From the NCBI GenBank assembly GCA_018304025.1, contig JAGVXA010000008.1, positions 2,660 through 66,659 of the forward strand: a DNA stretch of 64,000 nucleotides, read 5' to 3'. The notes under the pieces are model-generated. The model ran no database searches. It had not been told where the DNA came from and saw only the letters and a program-made list of their open reading frames with translations. The position numbers and the translations under genes are program-made. The number at the start of each line of letters is the position of its first letter. Within the stretch, counting starts at the first letter, position 1. Below, in pieces: positions 1 through 9,494 of the stretch. Source of the stretch: Candidatus Pacearchaeota archaeon. GTDB taxonomy: Archaea; Nanobdellota; Nanobdellia; Pacearchaeales; GW2011-AR1.

Positions 1-86
1 TCTGCTTCTTTTAATTTTTTTAAGAGGTGTTCTCTTTCAAACTCAATTTGTTCCTGGGCAGGTGTTATGGAAATACCGAATTTCAT
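1..86 (-). CDS. hypothetical protein, N-terminal fragment running off the window
   Basis: ATG at 86..84 (minus) opens MKFGISITPAQEQIEFEREHLLKKLKEAE with no stop to the window edge; no family recognised. Confidence 0.25.
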   Translation of the reverse strand, partial: MKFGISITPAQEQIEFEREHLLKKLKEA

Positions 87-138
87 TTAGTTAGTTGCTG
101 CTAATTATTTTTAAATACTTCTGCTGCTGGATAGTATT

Positions 139-831
139 ATGGGAAAAATATCTGCGGGCTCGTATGACTTGAACACGTTTTTGCATGGAGGATACGAGAC
201 AGATATTGTTACTGTTTTCTACGGCGGGGCTGGAACAGGCAAAACTAATCTTTGCTTATTGACTGCTGTTTCGCAGGCGAAAAAAGGGAATAAAGTTATT
301 TTTGTTGATACTGAGGGAGGTTTTAGCGTCGACAGAGTGAAACAAATGGTGGGAGAAAAAGACGGAGTTGATGAAGTTTTGAAGAATATCTTTTTGCTGA
401 AGCCGACGTCATTCAAAGAGCAGAAAGAGGCGTTTGAAGAATTGCAGAAACGACTTAACAAACAAGTTGACTTGATTGTTGTCGATGGAATGACTATTCT
501 TTATCGGCTGGAGTTTGCGGACGCGAGAGAGAAAGGGGAGAAGGAAATTCATAAGATTAATTCTATTTTAGTTCGGCAGATTAAACTTTTAGCAGAGATT
601 GCGCGGAAGAGAGAGATTCCTGTTCTTGTTACGAATCAAGTTTATCGATGGGAGGATTCTGACAAGATGGTTGGGGGAGATATTTTGAAATATTGGGGGA
701 AGTGCTTGATTGAGCTGACGAATGACAAGGGGAGGAGAGTTATGTCTTTGCGGAAGCATCGTTCTTTAGCGGAGAAGGATTTGGTTTTTCAGATTTATGA
801 CGGGGGAGTTAGGCGGCGCGGGTGGCTGTGA
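139..831 (+). CDS. radB: DNA repair and recombination protein RadB (RadA/RecA paralog)
   Basis: 230 aa core-only RecA fold; Walker A GGAGTGKTN, Walker B-like DLIVVDGM; no N-terminal HhH domain, as in RadB rather than RadA. Confidence 0.8.
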   Translation: MGKISAGSYDLNTFLHGGYETDIVTVFYGGAGTGKTNLCLLTAVSQAKKGNKVIFVDTEGGFSVDRVKQMVGEKDGVDEVLKNIFLLKPTSFKEQKEAFEELQKRLNKQVDLIVVDGMTILYRLEFADAREKGEKEIHKINSILVRQIKLLAEIARKREIPVLVTNQVYRWEDSDKMVGGDILKYWGKCLIELTNDKGRRVMSLRKHRSLAEKDLVFQIYDGGVRRRGWL

Positions 832-856
832 TGCGAGAAAGAAGAAATTTTTTATG

Positions 857-910
857 GGAAAATAATTAATTTGATAGAATCGAGAAATTGCTCTTCGAGC
901 AATTTCCGAG
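857..910 (+). repeat. family B intergenic hairpin repeat (GATAGAATCGAGAAATT-stem-loop-AATTTCCGAG)
   Basis: GGGAAAATAATTAATTTGATAGAATCGAGAAATTGCTCTTCGAGCAATTTCCGAG; 10-bp stem GAAATTGCTC/GAGCAATTTC; same module recurs at 6.1, 11.9, 23.4 and 54.4 kb. Confidence 0.7.
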
Positions 911-1059
911 CGTTTATGAGAATTATAATAAAGATTTTTTTATGGCAATAATTTTATTGATTTTGGGAGAGATAATTCGTGGAAAATTTTTAATTATCAT
1001 TATTTCGAGATTAATTACATAAGGGGAAAGATTAAATATCTTATTTTGTTTTTCTATTC

Positions 1060-2769
1060 ATGGAATATTCTGATTTGGTGGAGGTGTACGACGCTTTGGG
1101 CGCGACGTCGGGAAGATTGGAGAAAGAGACGATTATCGCTGGATTTTTGAAAAAGCTGAAAGGAAATCCGCAGTGGATTTATCTTCTTCGCGGGAGAGTT
1201 TTGCCTGACTATGATCCGCGCGAGTTTGGAATTTCTAATCAATTAGTTATCAAAGCGATTGCTGTTTCTTTCGGGGTCAAGAACACTGATATTCTGAAAA
1301 AATATCGGAAGATTGGAGATTTAGGAGAGATTGCGGAGGAAATAGCTGGAAAGAAAATTCAGGGAAGATTGTTTTCTTCTAAATTAACTGTCAAGAAAGT
1401 TTTTGACAATTTGCAGAAACTGATGAATATTGAAGGGAAGGGAACTGTCGGGAAAAAGATGGGATTGATTTCCGAATTACTTGGACAGGCTTCGGGGAAG
1501 GAAGCGAAATATATTGTTCGGACTTTATTGGGACAACTCCGCGTCGGTGTTGCCGACGGCATTTTGAGAGACGCGATTGCAGAAGCTTTTTTTGCACACG
1601 ACAAGAAAGAAATGTCTGATAAAATTGAAACAGCTTACGATATGGCTAATGATTTTGCTGTTGTTTACGACGCTGCTGCTTCCGGCAGGAAAGATTTGGA
1701 CAAGATTGGAATAACTGTGGGGAGAGCGATGAATGTAATGCTTGCTGTGAAAGCAAAAGATATTGAAGATGCTTTTCGGATTTGCGGGAAGCCTGCGGCG
1801 GTTGAACACAAGTATGATGGGTTTAGAGTTGTGATAAATAAAGACGGGGGAGAAGTAAAATTATTTACCCGGCGCCTGGAGGAAGTTACAAAACAATTTC
1901 CAGATATTGTCGAGGCTGTCCGGAAAAATGTCAAGGGCAAGAGTTTTATCTTGGATTCAGAAGCTGTCGGCTATGACCCTAAGACGAAAAAATACAAACC
2001 GTTTGAGGCGATTTCGCAGAGGATAAAAAGAAAATATGACATTGACAAACTTGTCAGAGATTTGCCTGTTGAACTGAATATTTTTGATGTTTTGTATATT
2101 GATGGGAAGAGCTTGATGGACGAGGGGTTTATGGCTCGGCGGAAAATATTGGAGAAAATTATCAAGAGCGAGGATTATAAAATAAAAATTGCGAAGCAGA
2201 TTGTTACTTCTTCTGAGAAAGAGGCGATGGATTTTTACAAAGAGGCTTTGAAAATCGGGGAGGAAGGAATTATGGTGAAGAGAATTGACGCGCCTTATCG
2301 GCAGGGGAGACGCGTTGGATATATGGTTAAATTAAAACCGTCTGTGAAGGATTTGGATTTGGCGATTGTTGGGGCTGAGTATGGCTCTGGCAAACGCGGA
2401 GGGATGCTGACGTCGTATATTGTTGCTTGCCGCGACGACGACAAATTTTTGGAAGTTGGGAAGGTTTCTTCTGGCTTGAAAGAATTAGAACAGGATGAAG
2501 GGACGACTTATTCGGAGATGAATGATTTGCTTCAGCCGTTGATTATTTCAGAGGATGGGAAGAATGTTAAGGTTAAACCACGAATTGTTGTTTCTGTTAC
2601 TTATCAGAATGTTCAGAAGTCGCCTTCTTACTCTTCTGGATATGCTTTACGGTTTCCGCGCATTACAGCTTATCGGGCTGACAGGCATGTTCGGGATGTT
2701 GCTACTTTGGGGGACATTCGGAAGGAAGTTGGGAAGCATACGGGGAATTCGGGGCCGGGGAGTTTGTAA
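1060..2769 (+). CDS. lig: ATP-dependent DNA ligase
   Basis: 569 aa; adenylation motif EHKYDGFR (KxDG), EGIMVK and VKLKP motifs, C-terminal OB region; archaeal/eukaryal Lig1-type architecture. Confidence 0.9.
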   Translation: MEYSDLVEVYDALGATSGRLEKETIIAGFLKKLKGNPQWIYLLRGRVLPDYDPREFGISNQLVIKAIAVSFGVKNTDILKKYRKIGDLGEIAEEIAGKKIQGRLFSSKLTVKKVFDNLQKLMNIEGKGTVGKKMGLISELLGQASGKEAKYIVRTLLGQLRVGVADGILRDAIAEAFFAHDKKEMSDKIETAYDMANDFAVVYDAAASGRKDLDKIGITVGRAMNVMLAVKAKDIEDAFRICGKPAAVEHKYDGFRVVINKDGGEVKLFTRRLEEVTKQFPDIVEAVRKNVKGKSFILDSEAVGYDPKTKKYKPFEAISQRIKRKYDIDKLVRDLPVELNIFDVLYIDGKSLMDEGFMARRKILEKIIKSEDYKIKIAKQIVTSSEKEAMDFYKEALKIGEEGIMVKRIDAPYRQGRRVGYMVKLKPSVKDLDLAIVGAEYGSGKRGGMLTSYIVACRDDDKFLEVGKVSSGLKELEQDEGTTYSEMNDLLQPLIISEDGKNVKVKPRIVVSVTYQNVQKSPSYSSGYALRFPRITAYRADRHVRDVATLGDIRKEVGKHTGNSGPGSL

Positions 2770-2910
2770 GTTATTTCTAATTGGGAAATTAAAAAATTAG
2801 ATGCAATCTTTTTGGGGAATGTCGGTATTATGGAACAACAGAAGTTTTGTTGTTATCAGATAATTATTTTCTTTCCAAAGCAAGCAAATTAATCTAGAAC
2901 TAAAACACGT

Positions 2911-3462
2911 TTAATCTTCGAAGACTTCGACATCCGACTCTTGGAAATCTTCCGGGGCTGAACCTTCTTGCGTGCCTGTTCTTATCATTTCGTGCACGGA
3001 TTTGTGCAAATCAACTTTGTCTTTTCTCAAATTGATATGCAGTGCGTCCTGGACTTTGTTGATTATCACGAAATCACTGACGACGATTGAGCCGTATTCC
3101 AGCATTTTTATTGTGTCTTCTTTTTCGCCGATTAACTCTGCTAATTGCCTTTTTGTTATTCCCTTATTTCTTCTTGCCTTGGCAATTTCCCAGTGGAAAT
3201 TTTCAATTAGCTCGTCGAAGATTTGATTGTTGCGCCAGTTTAGAGGCCTCTTGGAAAGGTTTTGAGCTAATATCTTTTTCTCTTCCTGCCTGTCTATTCT
3301 TCTCTCTGGAATTTTTGGGGCGTTGTCTTTTCGCTGGGTTATTAGAGGTTTTCTTAGAATTGGGAGTCCTTCTTTCTTCGCGTATTTTTCAGTGACGCGG
3401 ACTATTTTGCCTTCTTCGATTACTTCTACTAGTGTTTCTGTTGGTTCAACGAATTCATCCAT
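2911..3462 (-). CDS. HTH (XRE/MBF1-like) domain protein
   Basis: Cro/C1-type helix-turn-helix KGITKRQLAELIGEKEDTIKMLEYG in the middle of a 183-aa protein; the zinc ribbon of canonical archaeal MBF1 is absent. Confidence 0.5.
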   Translation of the reverse strand: MDEFVEPTETLVEVIEEGKIVRVTEKYAKKEGLPILRKPLITQRKDNAPKIPERRIDRQEEKKILAQNLSKRPLNWRNNQIFDELIENFHWEIAKARRNKGITKRQLAELIGEKEDTIKMLEYGSIVVSDFVIINKVQDALHINLRKDKVDLHKSVHEMIRTGTQEGSAPEDFQESDVEVFED

Positions 3463-3515
3463 TGTTTTTTTGAGGGGATTTGGTTTATATTATTTGTTGT
3501 TTGGGAATATAGTAG

Positions 3516-4202
3516 TTAATTTAGCCTTATGACATAAGGACTTAATTTTGGTTTTAGATAAGGAGTTAGATCTTCTATATTTTTTACATAAATTTTGTCT
3601 TGTTCATTAATAACTGCGATTGGCGCACTTGTTATGTTATAATTTTCTTTTAGATTTATTATTAGTTCAGAGTTTAGATTATAGTCAAATGAATATATCA
3701 TTATCTTATCTGACATTTTATCTTTGAATGTTCTTAAAATAAATCCCATTCTCTCGCTTTCTTCATTTAGCGGCTCATTGTTGGAATAGAAGAAGAGTAT
3801 TGTTATGTAATCTTCGTTACACTGTTTTTTTATTTGTTTAATGATGTTGAAATGCTTTAATTCCAGCTGGGAATATAACTTTTTCTGTTCTAAAACTCTG
3901 GAATCTTTTTTTCCAAATCTTTTTTCCAATAAATCCAATTTTCCGCCAACTTCGTCCAGAATAATTGACGATTTTACCAGTATGTCTTCTCCACAATCGC
4001 TTGTAGACATGTTTAGAAGAATGTCCATATCATTCAGATATTTTGTAACTATGTTATTTTGAGAAGAGATTCTTTGATAGTTGTAATAGGAGGCTCCTGA
4101 TGAGATTAGAATTATTATTGTGAATATTGTCGTAGCAAGAATGAATGATAAAAACATTCTGAAGAGTGGGACATTTCTTTCGGGTTTCATTCTTCCCTCC
4201 AT
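3516..4202 (-). CDS. membrane-anchored hypothetical protein
   Basis: single N-terminal TM helix (FLSFILATTIFTIIILISS); start overlaps the stop of the upstream GT2 gene by 16 nt, so likely co-transcribed. Confidence 0.5.
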   Translation of the reverse strand: MEGRMKPERNVPLFRMFLSFILATTIFTIIILISSGASYYNYQRISSQNNIVTKYLNDMDILLNMSTSDCGEDILVKSSIILDEVGGKLDLLEKRFGKKDSRVLEQKKLYSQLELKHFNIIKQIKKQCNEDYITILFFYSNNEPLNEESERMGFILRTFKDKMSDKIMIYSFDYNLNSELIINLKENYNITSAPIAVINEQDKIYVKNIEDLTPYLKPKLSPYVIRLN

Positions 4203-5443
4203 ACAACTTTTTTATTGAAGACTATGTAGATCGTACTGACTATCCACCAGAAAGCAAATAAAAATGAAAAGAAAAAAGTGAACAATATAAAATTTAATCT
4301 TATACTTCCGCGGTACATCATTTTTCTTCTTGAAAAAATCATATAGAACCAAAGAAGAGCTATGAAAAGAATAGTTAAAAGAAGAAGTTTGCTACTGAGC
4401 ATTGTTAGAAGGAAGACTTCTATCATGTACGAGCTTATTTCGAATGTATTTTGAAATTGGAAATTGATCGCGTTTAATTCAAGAAGTTCTTTTTTTATTT
4501 TTGCCAGGGCTTTTATTACTACATAAATTGTTAGAGTTACGGAAAGAAAAATTGTGGAAATTGCTGTTGGCAGGACAACTGTTCCGAGCGCGCCGGTTTT
4601 CGGCCCGAAAAGACGACGATAATCCCAGAGATTCTTCATTAATCCCGTGTACCATCTTCTTCTTTGAACCATGAGCGAACGGAAAGTTCCCGGACCAATA
4701 GTATAAACCGCTGCTTCTTCTGCATTTTCTAGTCTGTAATCAAGGCTCTGAATCCTTAAAGCAACTTCCAAATCTTCTGTAATATTTTTTTCGTCGAATC
4801 CGCCGTGTTTTTCAAAGAATACTTTTCTATATGCTGAGAATGCCCCGGGGGTGATATGAATTGCATTCATGCTTGCAAAACTTTTTCTTAAAAATACGCC
4901 CATGTAATACTCTATTTGCTGGATTCTTCTCCAGATGTTTTTTGGTTCAAAGACACCCATTGCAGGAGCGACTGACATTATGTCACCTTCGGTAAAATAA
5001 CCAACCATTTTTTTTAGAGAATCCGGATGAACTATTGTGTCTGCATCCATTGTTATGATTATTTCTCCTCTTGCTTTTTTTATACCAAGATTTAGCGCAG
5101 AGCCTTTTCCGCCGTTTATATCTTTTTTGAATACTTTTACTTTTGGGTTTTGATTGGATGCAAATCTTTTTGCTATCTGATAAGAATTATCTTTACTTCC
5201 GTCATCAACTACAATTATTTCAAATTTATTTTTCGGGTAATTTATAGAAAGAGCTGACTTTATTGTTTTTGCAATGCTTTTTTCTTCGTTATACGCGGGG
5301 ATAATTATTGAAACTGTTTTGTCTGTTGCTGGCTCGGGTTTTTTCTTTTTTCTGTAGTATGTAAACAGATTGATGATGTAGAATGAGGTTGAGAATAAGC
5401 CGATGTATGCTAGGATGTAAATTAGAATTAAGTAGAAGTCCAT
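4187..5443 (-). CDS. family 2 glycosyltransferase, processive QxxRW type
   Basis: IIIPAYNEE, VVDDGSKD, TMDADT and QRRRW motifs with flanking TM helices, as in chitin/cellulose/PNAG-synthase-like GT2 enzymes. Confidence 0.8.
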   Translation of the reverse strand: MDFYLILIYILAYIGLFSTSFYIINLFTYYRKKKKPEPATDKTVSIIIPAYNEEKSIAKTIKSALSINYPKNKFEIIVVDDGSKDNSYQIAKRFASNQNPKVKVFKKDINGGKGSALNLGIKKARGEIIITMDADTIVHPDSLKKMVGYFTEGDIMSVAPAMGVFEPKNIWRRIQQIEYYMGVFLRKSFASMNAIHITPGAFSAYRKVFFEKHGGFDEKNITEDLEVALRIQSLDYRLENAEEAAVYTIGPGTFRSLMVQRRRWYTGLMKNLWDYRRLFGPKTGALGTVVLPTAISTIFLSVTLTIYVVIKALAKIKKELLELNAINFQFQNTFEISSYMIEVFLLTMLSSKLLLLTILFIALLWFYMIFSRRKMMYRGSIRLNFILFTFFFSFLFAFWWIVSTIYIVFNKKVVWREE

Positions 5444-5970
5444 TAGACCTCCTGAAGTTTATCACCTTTATTTAACTGGAAATATTCGTGGAAAGAATCT
5501 GTTAATGTTAATTCTGAAGTGTGTCCTACCCGCTTCTTGTTGATTAATCCGACGTCCTTGAATTTTTTCACGTGGTCGTAGGCTTTGTTGCCTCTTATTT
5601 TTATCAATACAGACTGCTTCATCGGCTGCTTGTACGCAATCATCGCGAGTGTTTCCTGCTCTGCTTTTGAGAATTCTGAGGAGCCTGTTGCCAGCTTGTT
5701 TATCATGTCGACGTATTCTTCAGCGACGTCCATTTTCCAGAGGTTGTCTTTGTTGATGAGATTAATTCCGGAGTCTTTGTATTTGTCTTTCAAATCTGCC
5801 AATGTTTTTTTCAGGAGAATTGGATTTACGTCTGTTAATGTTATTAATTCCTGGATTGTAAGGAATTTTCCTGCGATGAATAGGGCTGCTTCTATTTTTT
5901 TTGCGTTTTGGGATTCTATTTCTGAATCGAGTTCTTCTATATTTGCATTAGAAAGATGTTCTGTTGTCAT
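5443..5970 (-). CDS. scpB: segregation and condensation protein B
   Basis: EAALFIAGKFLTIQEL and ETLAMIAYKQPMKQSVLIKIRG winged-helix segments typical of ScpB; no scpA adjacent. Confidence 0.7.
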   Translation of the reverse strand: MTTEHLSNANIEELDSEIESQNAKKIEAALFIAGKFLTIQELITLTDVNPILLKKTLADLKDKYKDSGINLINKDNLWKMDVAEEYVDMINKLATGSSEFSKAEQETLAMIAYKQPMKQSVLIKIRGNKAYDHVKKFKDVGLINKKRVGHTSELTLTDSFHEYFQLNKGDKLQEV

Positions 5971-6011
5971 GGTGTTTTATAGATTTGGGAGTTTTAAATA
6001 TTTAGGGTGTT

Positions 6012-6164
6012 GGAAAAATTAATTGCCTTCGGCAAATTAATTTTTTATGGAGATAATTAGCGGGAAGAAAAATTCCTGCGAAGTTAGGAGATTAATTCTT
6101 TTGGAGAAATAATTAGTGCGATAGAATCGAGAAATTAGCCTTCGGCTAATTTCCGAATATTTTT
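6012..6164 (+). repeat. composite of family B and C intergenic repeat modules
   Basis: AATTAATTGCC-TTCG-GGCAAATTAATT hairpin. Then GGAGATAATTAGCGGGAAGAAAAATTCCTGCGAAGTTAGGAGAT (module C). Then GATAGAATCGAGAAATTAGCC-TTCG-GGCTAATTTCCGAATATTTTT (module B, cUUCGg loop plus T-run). Confidence 0.75.
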
Positions 6165-6224
6165 CGTCTATAATTTTTATTTATTCTATTTGGTTAATTT
6201 TATACGAAATTAATCGGAAGGTAA

Positions 6225-6965
6225 TCAAGGGAGGAAATGTATCAATAATCCTTCGATGATTGCGGCGATTATCAGCAGAGGGATTATTATGAAAGTGAAA
6301 ACTAATATCGAATTGTAAATTCTTTCTTTAAATGTTTTGGATTTATTTTTGGCAAATAGCGAAAATCCGAGTTTTATTCCCAGTCCGAAGGAGATGAAAA
6401 CTGCGGGGAGTTCGAAAATTCCGTGGGGAAGAAGGCGCCAGGCATGGACTACACCTACTCTTTCCAAGACATAGCCAATTATTGCTCCGTTTCCCACTGA
6501 ACTTAGAATCGGCATGATTCCGACGATAATTCCTCCAATGATGCTTATCAGCGAGGCGACAGCGTTGTTCATAAGGATGAAAGCTGTTAGTTCGTAACTA
6601 TTCAGATAAAGTGTTTGCGAGATTATTTCTCTCAAGGTTTGGTCAAGGAAGGAGAGTTCGTCTGCAAAAATGAATCCGAATGCGGCGCTCACTACGAAAA
6701 GAGAAATTACTATGTAGATATAATTGAAACTTGATTTGAGATATCGGAGGCTTTTCTTCATCGGCTGATTTTCTTTTGAGAGGAGATGCAGCGCGACTGC
6801 CGCGTATATCACGAATGAAGCGAATAATTTTTCGTAGACGTTGATTTCAATCAGAAGATTGCTGTAACGGATTTTTTCTGCGGCGTAGATTATTGCCAGT
6901 AAAACTGCTCCAAAGACGAAAATTATTTTTGCAAGTTTGTTAAGTTGTTTTGCTTGTTTTTTCAT
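6225..6965 (-). CDS. SpoIIM-like (DUF95) integral membrane protein
   Basis: multi-pass membrane protein with LMNNAVASL, NGAIIGYV and HGIFELPAVFIS segments characteristic of the stage II sporulation M-like family. Confidence 0.6.
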   Translation of the reverse strand: MKKQAKQLNKLAKIIFVFGAVLLAIIYAAEKIRYSNLLIEINVYEKLFASFVIYAAVALHLLSKENQPMKKSLRYLKSSFNYIYIVISLFVVSAAFGFIFADELSFLDQTLREIISQTLYLNSYELTAFILMNNAVASLISIIGGIIVGIMPILSSVGNGAIIGYVLERVGVVHAWRLLPHGIFELPAVFISFGLGIKLGFSLFAKNKSKTFKERIYNSILVFTFIIIPLLIIAAIIEGLLIHFLP

Positions 6966-6973
6966 GTTATTAA

Positions 6974-7675
6974 TTAGCGAAACATCCTTTGAAGTATTTT
7001 AACTTTTTTTGTGTATCTTTTCTTTAGGTAAAGCCCGTAAGCAATTCCGACGAGGAATCCGCCGAGGTGCGCGACGTTTCCGATTGGGGCGTTCAGCAAT
7101 ATTGTAATTACCCACATGACGACCAGCATCAACGGAATCATAATATATGCCGGAAGAGCAAAAAAAGGGAGAAAAATAATCATGAATTTTAACCTTGGGA
7201 GAAGAATCACGTAAAGCCCTGCGATTGCAAAAATTGCTCCGGAGGCGCCGACCATGTAAATGTCAGGGGAGCCGAAAATTCTCGCTCCGAGTTCTGATGC
7301 TCCGAAAAAGCCAGCCAGAAGAACAGAAAGAATTCCTGCGAATAATCCTGCGATTAGGTAAAACCAGAGAAATCTTTTTCTGCCGATGATTCGTTCTGAC
7401 AATCCGCCGAGAGAAAAAAGAACGAACATGTTGATTAACAAATGCGCAATACCGCCGTGAACGAACATGTGGGTTAGAATTGTCCAGAGATATTTTCCCT
7501 GAAGAATGCTTGCGGGCTTCAATGCAAAATAGTCGATGTAACTTTCAGAAATTTTAATAAGAACAAACGAGAGTATTGATATAATTGCTGTAACAATGAT
7601 AATCCAGGATGTGACAGACAGGCGGTTTAATCTGTCTGAAAATTTCTTTTTTCTTCTGATTTTATAATAGTTCAT
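6974..7675 (-). CDS. rhomboid family intramembrane serine protease
   Basis: HMFVHGGIAHLLINM, catalytic-Ser motif GASGAIFAI and catalytic-His motif AHLGGFLVG across about 6 TM helices. Confidence 0.85.
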   Translation of the reverse strand: MNYYKIRRKKKFSDRLNRLSVTSWIIIVTAIISILSFVLIKISESYIDYFALKPASILQGKYLWTILTHMFVHGGIAHLLINMFVLFSLGGLSERIIGRKRFLWFYLIAGLFAGILSVLLAGFFGASELGARIFGSPDIYMVGASGAIFAIAGLYVILLPRLKFMIIFLPFFALPAYIMIPLMLVVMWVITILLNAPIGNVAHLGGFLVGIAYGLYLKKRYTKKVKILQRMFR

Positions 7676-8385
7676 CTCTTCTTTTTCTTTTTAGGAGTTT
7701 TTTTATTTTTCTTTAGAACTTTTTTCTTTGGATTCTTTTTTTCTTCCTCGGCTTTTAATTTTTTTCTTATTTTTGCTTTCTTTTTTCTTTCTTTCAATTT
7801 TTCTTCTTCTTCGCCCTTGATTCTTTTTTCCTTTACTTTCTCGTCTTTGGAATGAATTGTCTGGACTTCCTGTTTTAACTGCTCCTGAATTTTTTCAAGC
7901 TTTTGGATTTCATTTTTGAGACTGTTCAATATTTGTTCCGGCTGTTTTAACTCGAGAACTTCGCCGCATTCCGGGCATGTGAAATTGTTCAGCAAAGCGG
8001 GTTCTTCGGCGTATTCGATTTCGCATCCAGGGCAGTAATAAAATCTTTCTCCCTGCCTTGTTTTTAATTCGTTTTTTAGCCTTTCAATATCTTCCCTGGT
8101 TTTTTCCAAGAATTTAACCAAAGATTTTCCTGTTTCAAGAGTCCAGAAGTAAATGTACCAGCCGCCTTTTTTCTTGTCTTTTTTTCTTACGAATGTGACG
8201 AGCCCGTGGTCTGCTAATTTGTAAAGAATATTTCGGGTTTGGTTTATTGTCAGTCCGAGTTTTTTTGCTATTAGGAATTCGTTGACGTTTTTTTTGTTGT
8301 ACAACAAATCAACTATTTTTTCTGCCTCTGAGCTGGCTACACCGGAGATGATTTTTTTTAGAATTTTGAGAAGATCTTCTTTCAT
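7672..8385 (-). CDS. tfe: transcription factor E alpha (TFIIE-alpha homolog) with a long lysine-rich C-terminal tail
   Basis: winged helix (FLIAKKLGLTINQTRNILYKLADHGLV) followed by zinc ribbon CPGC...CPECG. ATG at 8385 (MKEDLLKIL) preferred over the track's TTG at 8454. 4-nt overlap with the rhomboid gene. Confidence 0.7.
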   Translation of the reverse strand: MKEDLLKILKKIISGVASSEAEKIVDLLYNKKNVNEFLIAKKLGLTINQTRNILYKLADHGLVTFVRKKDKKKGGWYIYFWTLETGKSLVKFLEKTREDIERLKNELKTRQGERFYYCPGCEIEYAEEPALLNNFTCPECGEVLELKQPEQILNSLKNEIQKLEKIQEQLKQEVQTIHSKDEKVKEKRIKGEEEEKLKERKKKAKIRKKLKAEEEKKNPKKKVLKKNKKTPKKKKKR

Positions 8386-8528
8386 GTATTCTCTTGAGGA
8401 AGTTTTTTTAAAAACCTTTCTATTTGTATAAATTACAAATGTTTTGCGGCGCAATTGTCGAACAATTCGTTATTGGGAGAAAGGTTTTTAATACCGAATA
8501 GACTGAATAAATTAAGAGGAAAAATAAA

Positions 8529-9125
8529 ATGTTTGACGAAAAAGAGGGGCTTCCTGACTTGCCGCCTTCTCAGGAGTTTTTTGGCGGTTCTGGTTTGAGA
8601 GAGTCGGATAATGAGGAAGAGGAAGAATCAGAAAGCCAGGCTTTGCCGGCGTTTCCGGATTCGCCGAGCCATAACAGATTTTCAGAGGCTGCTATCAAGG
8701 ATGCTATTCGAGGAAATGACGAAGAGAGCTTGCCTGAATTGCCAAAACTACCCGGCGAAGAACCAGAACTTCCTGAACTTGAGGAGATTCCCGGACTTGC
8801 GGAAAAAACAAAAATCGTTGAAATGGAGGAGTGGAAGCCAGAACGTCCGAACCAGGTTGAAATTTCGAGACGAGAAGATTTTGCTCCATTTAGAAAAGAG
8901 GGCGGCGCGCCGGATGTTTTCGTCAAGATAGAAAAATTCAGAACTGCGAGAAGGACTTTTAACGAAGTAAAAAGCAAGCTGGATGAAATTGATGATTTGA
9001 TAAAAAGAATAAGGGAGACGAAGATGAGAGAAGATCAGGAATTAAATTCTTGGGAAAGAGACGTGACGCAGATTAAATCAAAAGTAAGAGATGTCTCTGA
9101 AAATATTTTCGAGAAGGTAGAATGA
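8529..9125 (+). CDS. acidic proline-motif / coiled-coil hypothetical protein
   Basis: N-terminal half has repeated LP-x-LP motifs (LPDLPP, LPAFPD, LPELPKLPGEEPELPELEEIPGL); C-terminal half is predicted coiled coil. Confidence 0.5.
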   Translation: MFDEKEGLPDLPPSQEFFGGSGLRESDNEEEEESESQALPAFPDSPSHNRFSEAAIKDAIRGNDEESLPELPKLPGEEPELPELEEIPGLAEKTKIVEMEEWKPERPNQVEISRREDFAPFRKEGGAPDVFVKIEKFRTARRTFNEVKSKLDEIDDLIKRIRETKMREDQELNSWERDVTQIKSKVRDVSENIFEKVE

Positions 9126-9427
9126 ACTCTGAATATGTTGGACTGAGCCGCGATGAAAAGATTTTTGCGCAGAAAAATATGCTGAAGTCGCAACTGGATT
9201 TTTTGAGCAGTCTTAAACGACTGCAATCTTATCGAAAATTGAGAGAAGAGGAGTTTAAACTGAAGATTGATTTGAAAACTAAGATTGGAATGCTAATGGA
9301 GGACTTGAGGAAATTGGAAAAGATTTTGCCGGAAGTTGAAGACATGGAATCTGGAGGGAAGGAGAAGAAAGAAAGTTTGGAGCATGAGATTGAGGAGATA
9401 AGAAGGGAATTGGCTAAACTGATTTAG
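9122..9427 (+). CDS. small coiled-coil hypothetical protein
   Basis: 101 aa heptad-rich sequence; ATGA stop/start overlap with the preceding ORF indicates translational coupling. Confidence 0.5.
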   Translation: MNSEYVGLSRDEKIFAQKNMLKSQLDFLSSLKRLQSYRKLREEEFKLKIDLKTKIGMLMEDLRKLEKILPEVEDMESGGKEKKESLEHEIEEIRRELAKLI

Positions 9428-9494
9428 ATATGTTTCTGGCACGCACTAATTTGCGCCACGCTAAATTTATATATACTTTTCTTTTTAGATTTAC

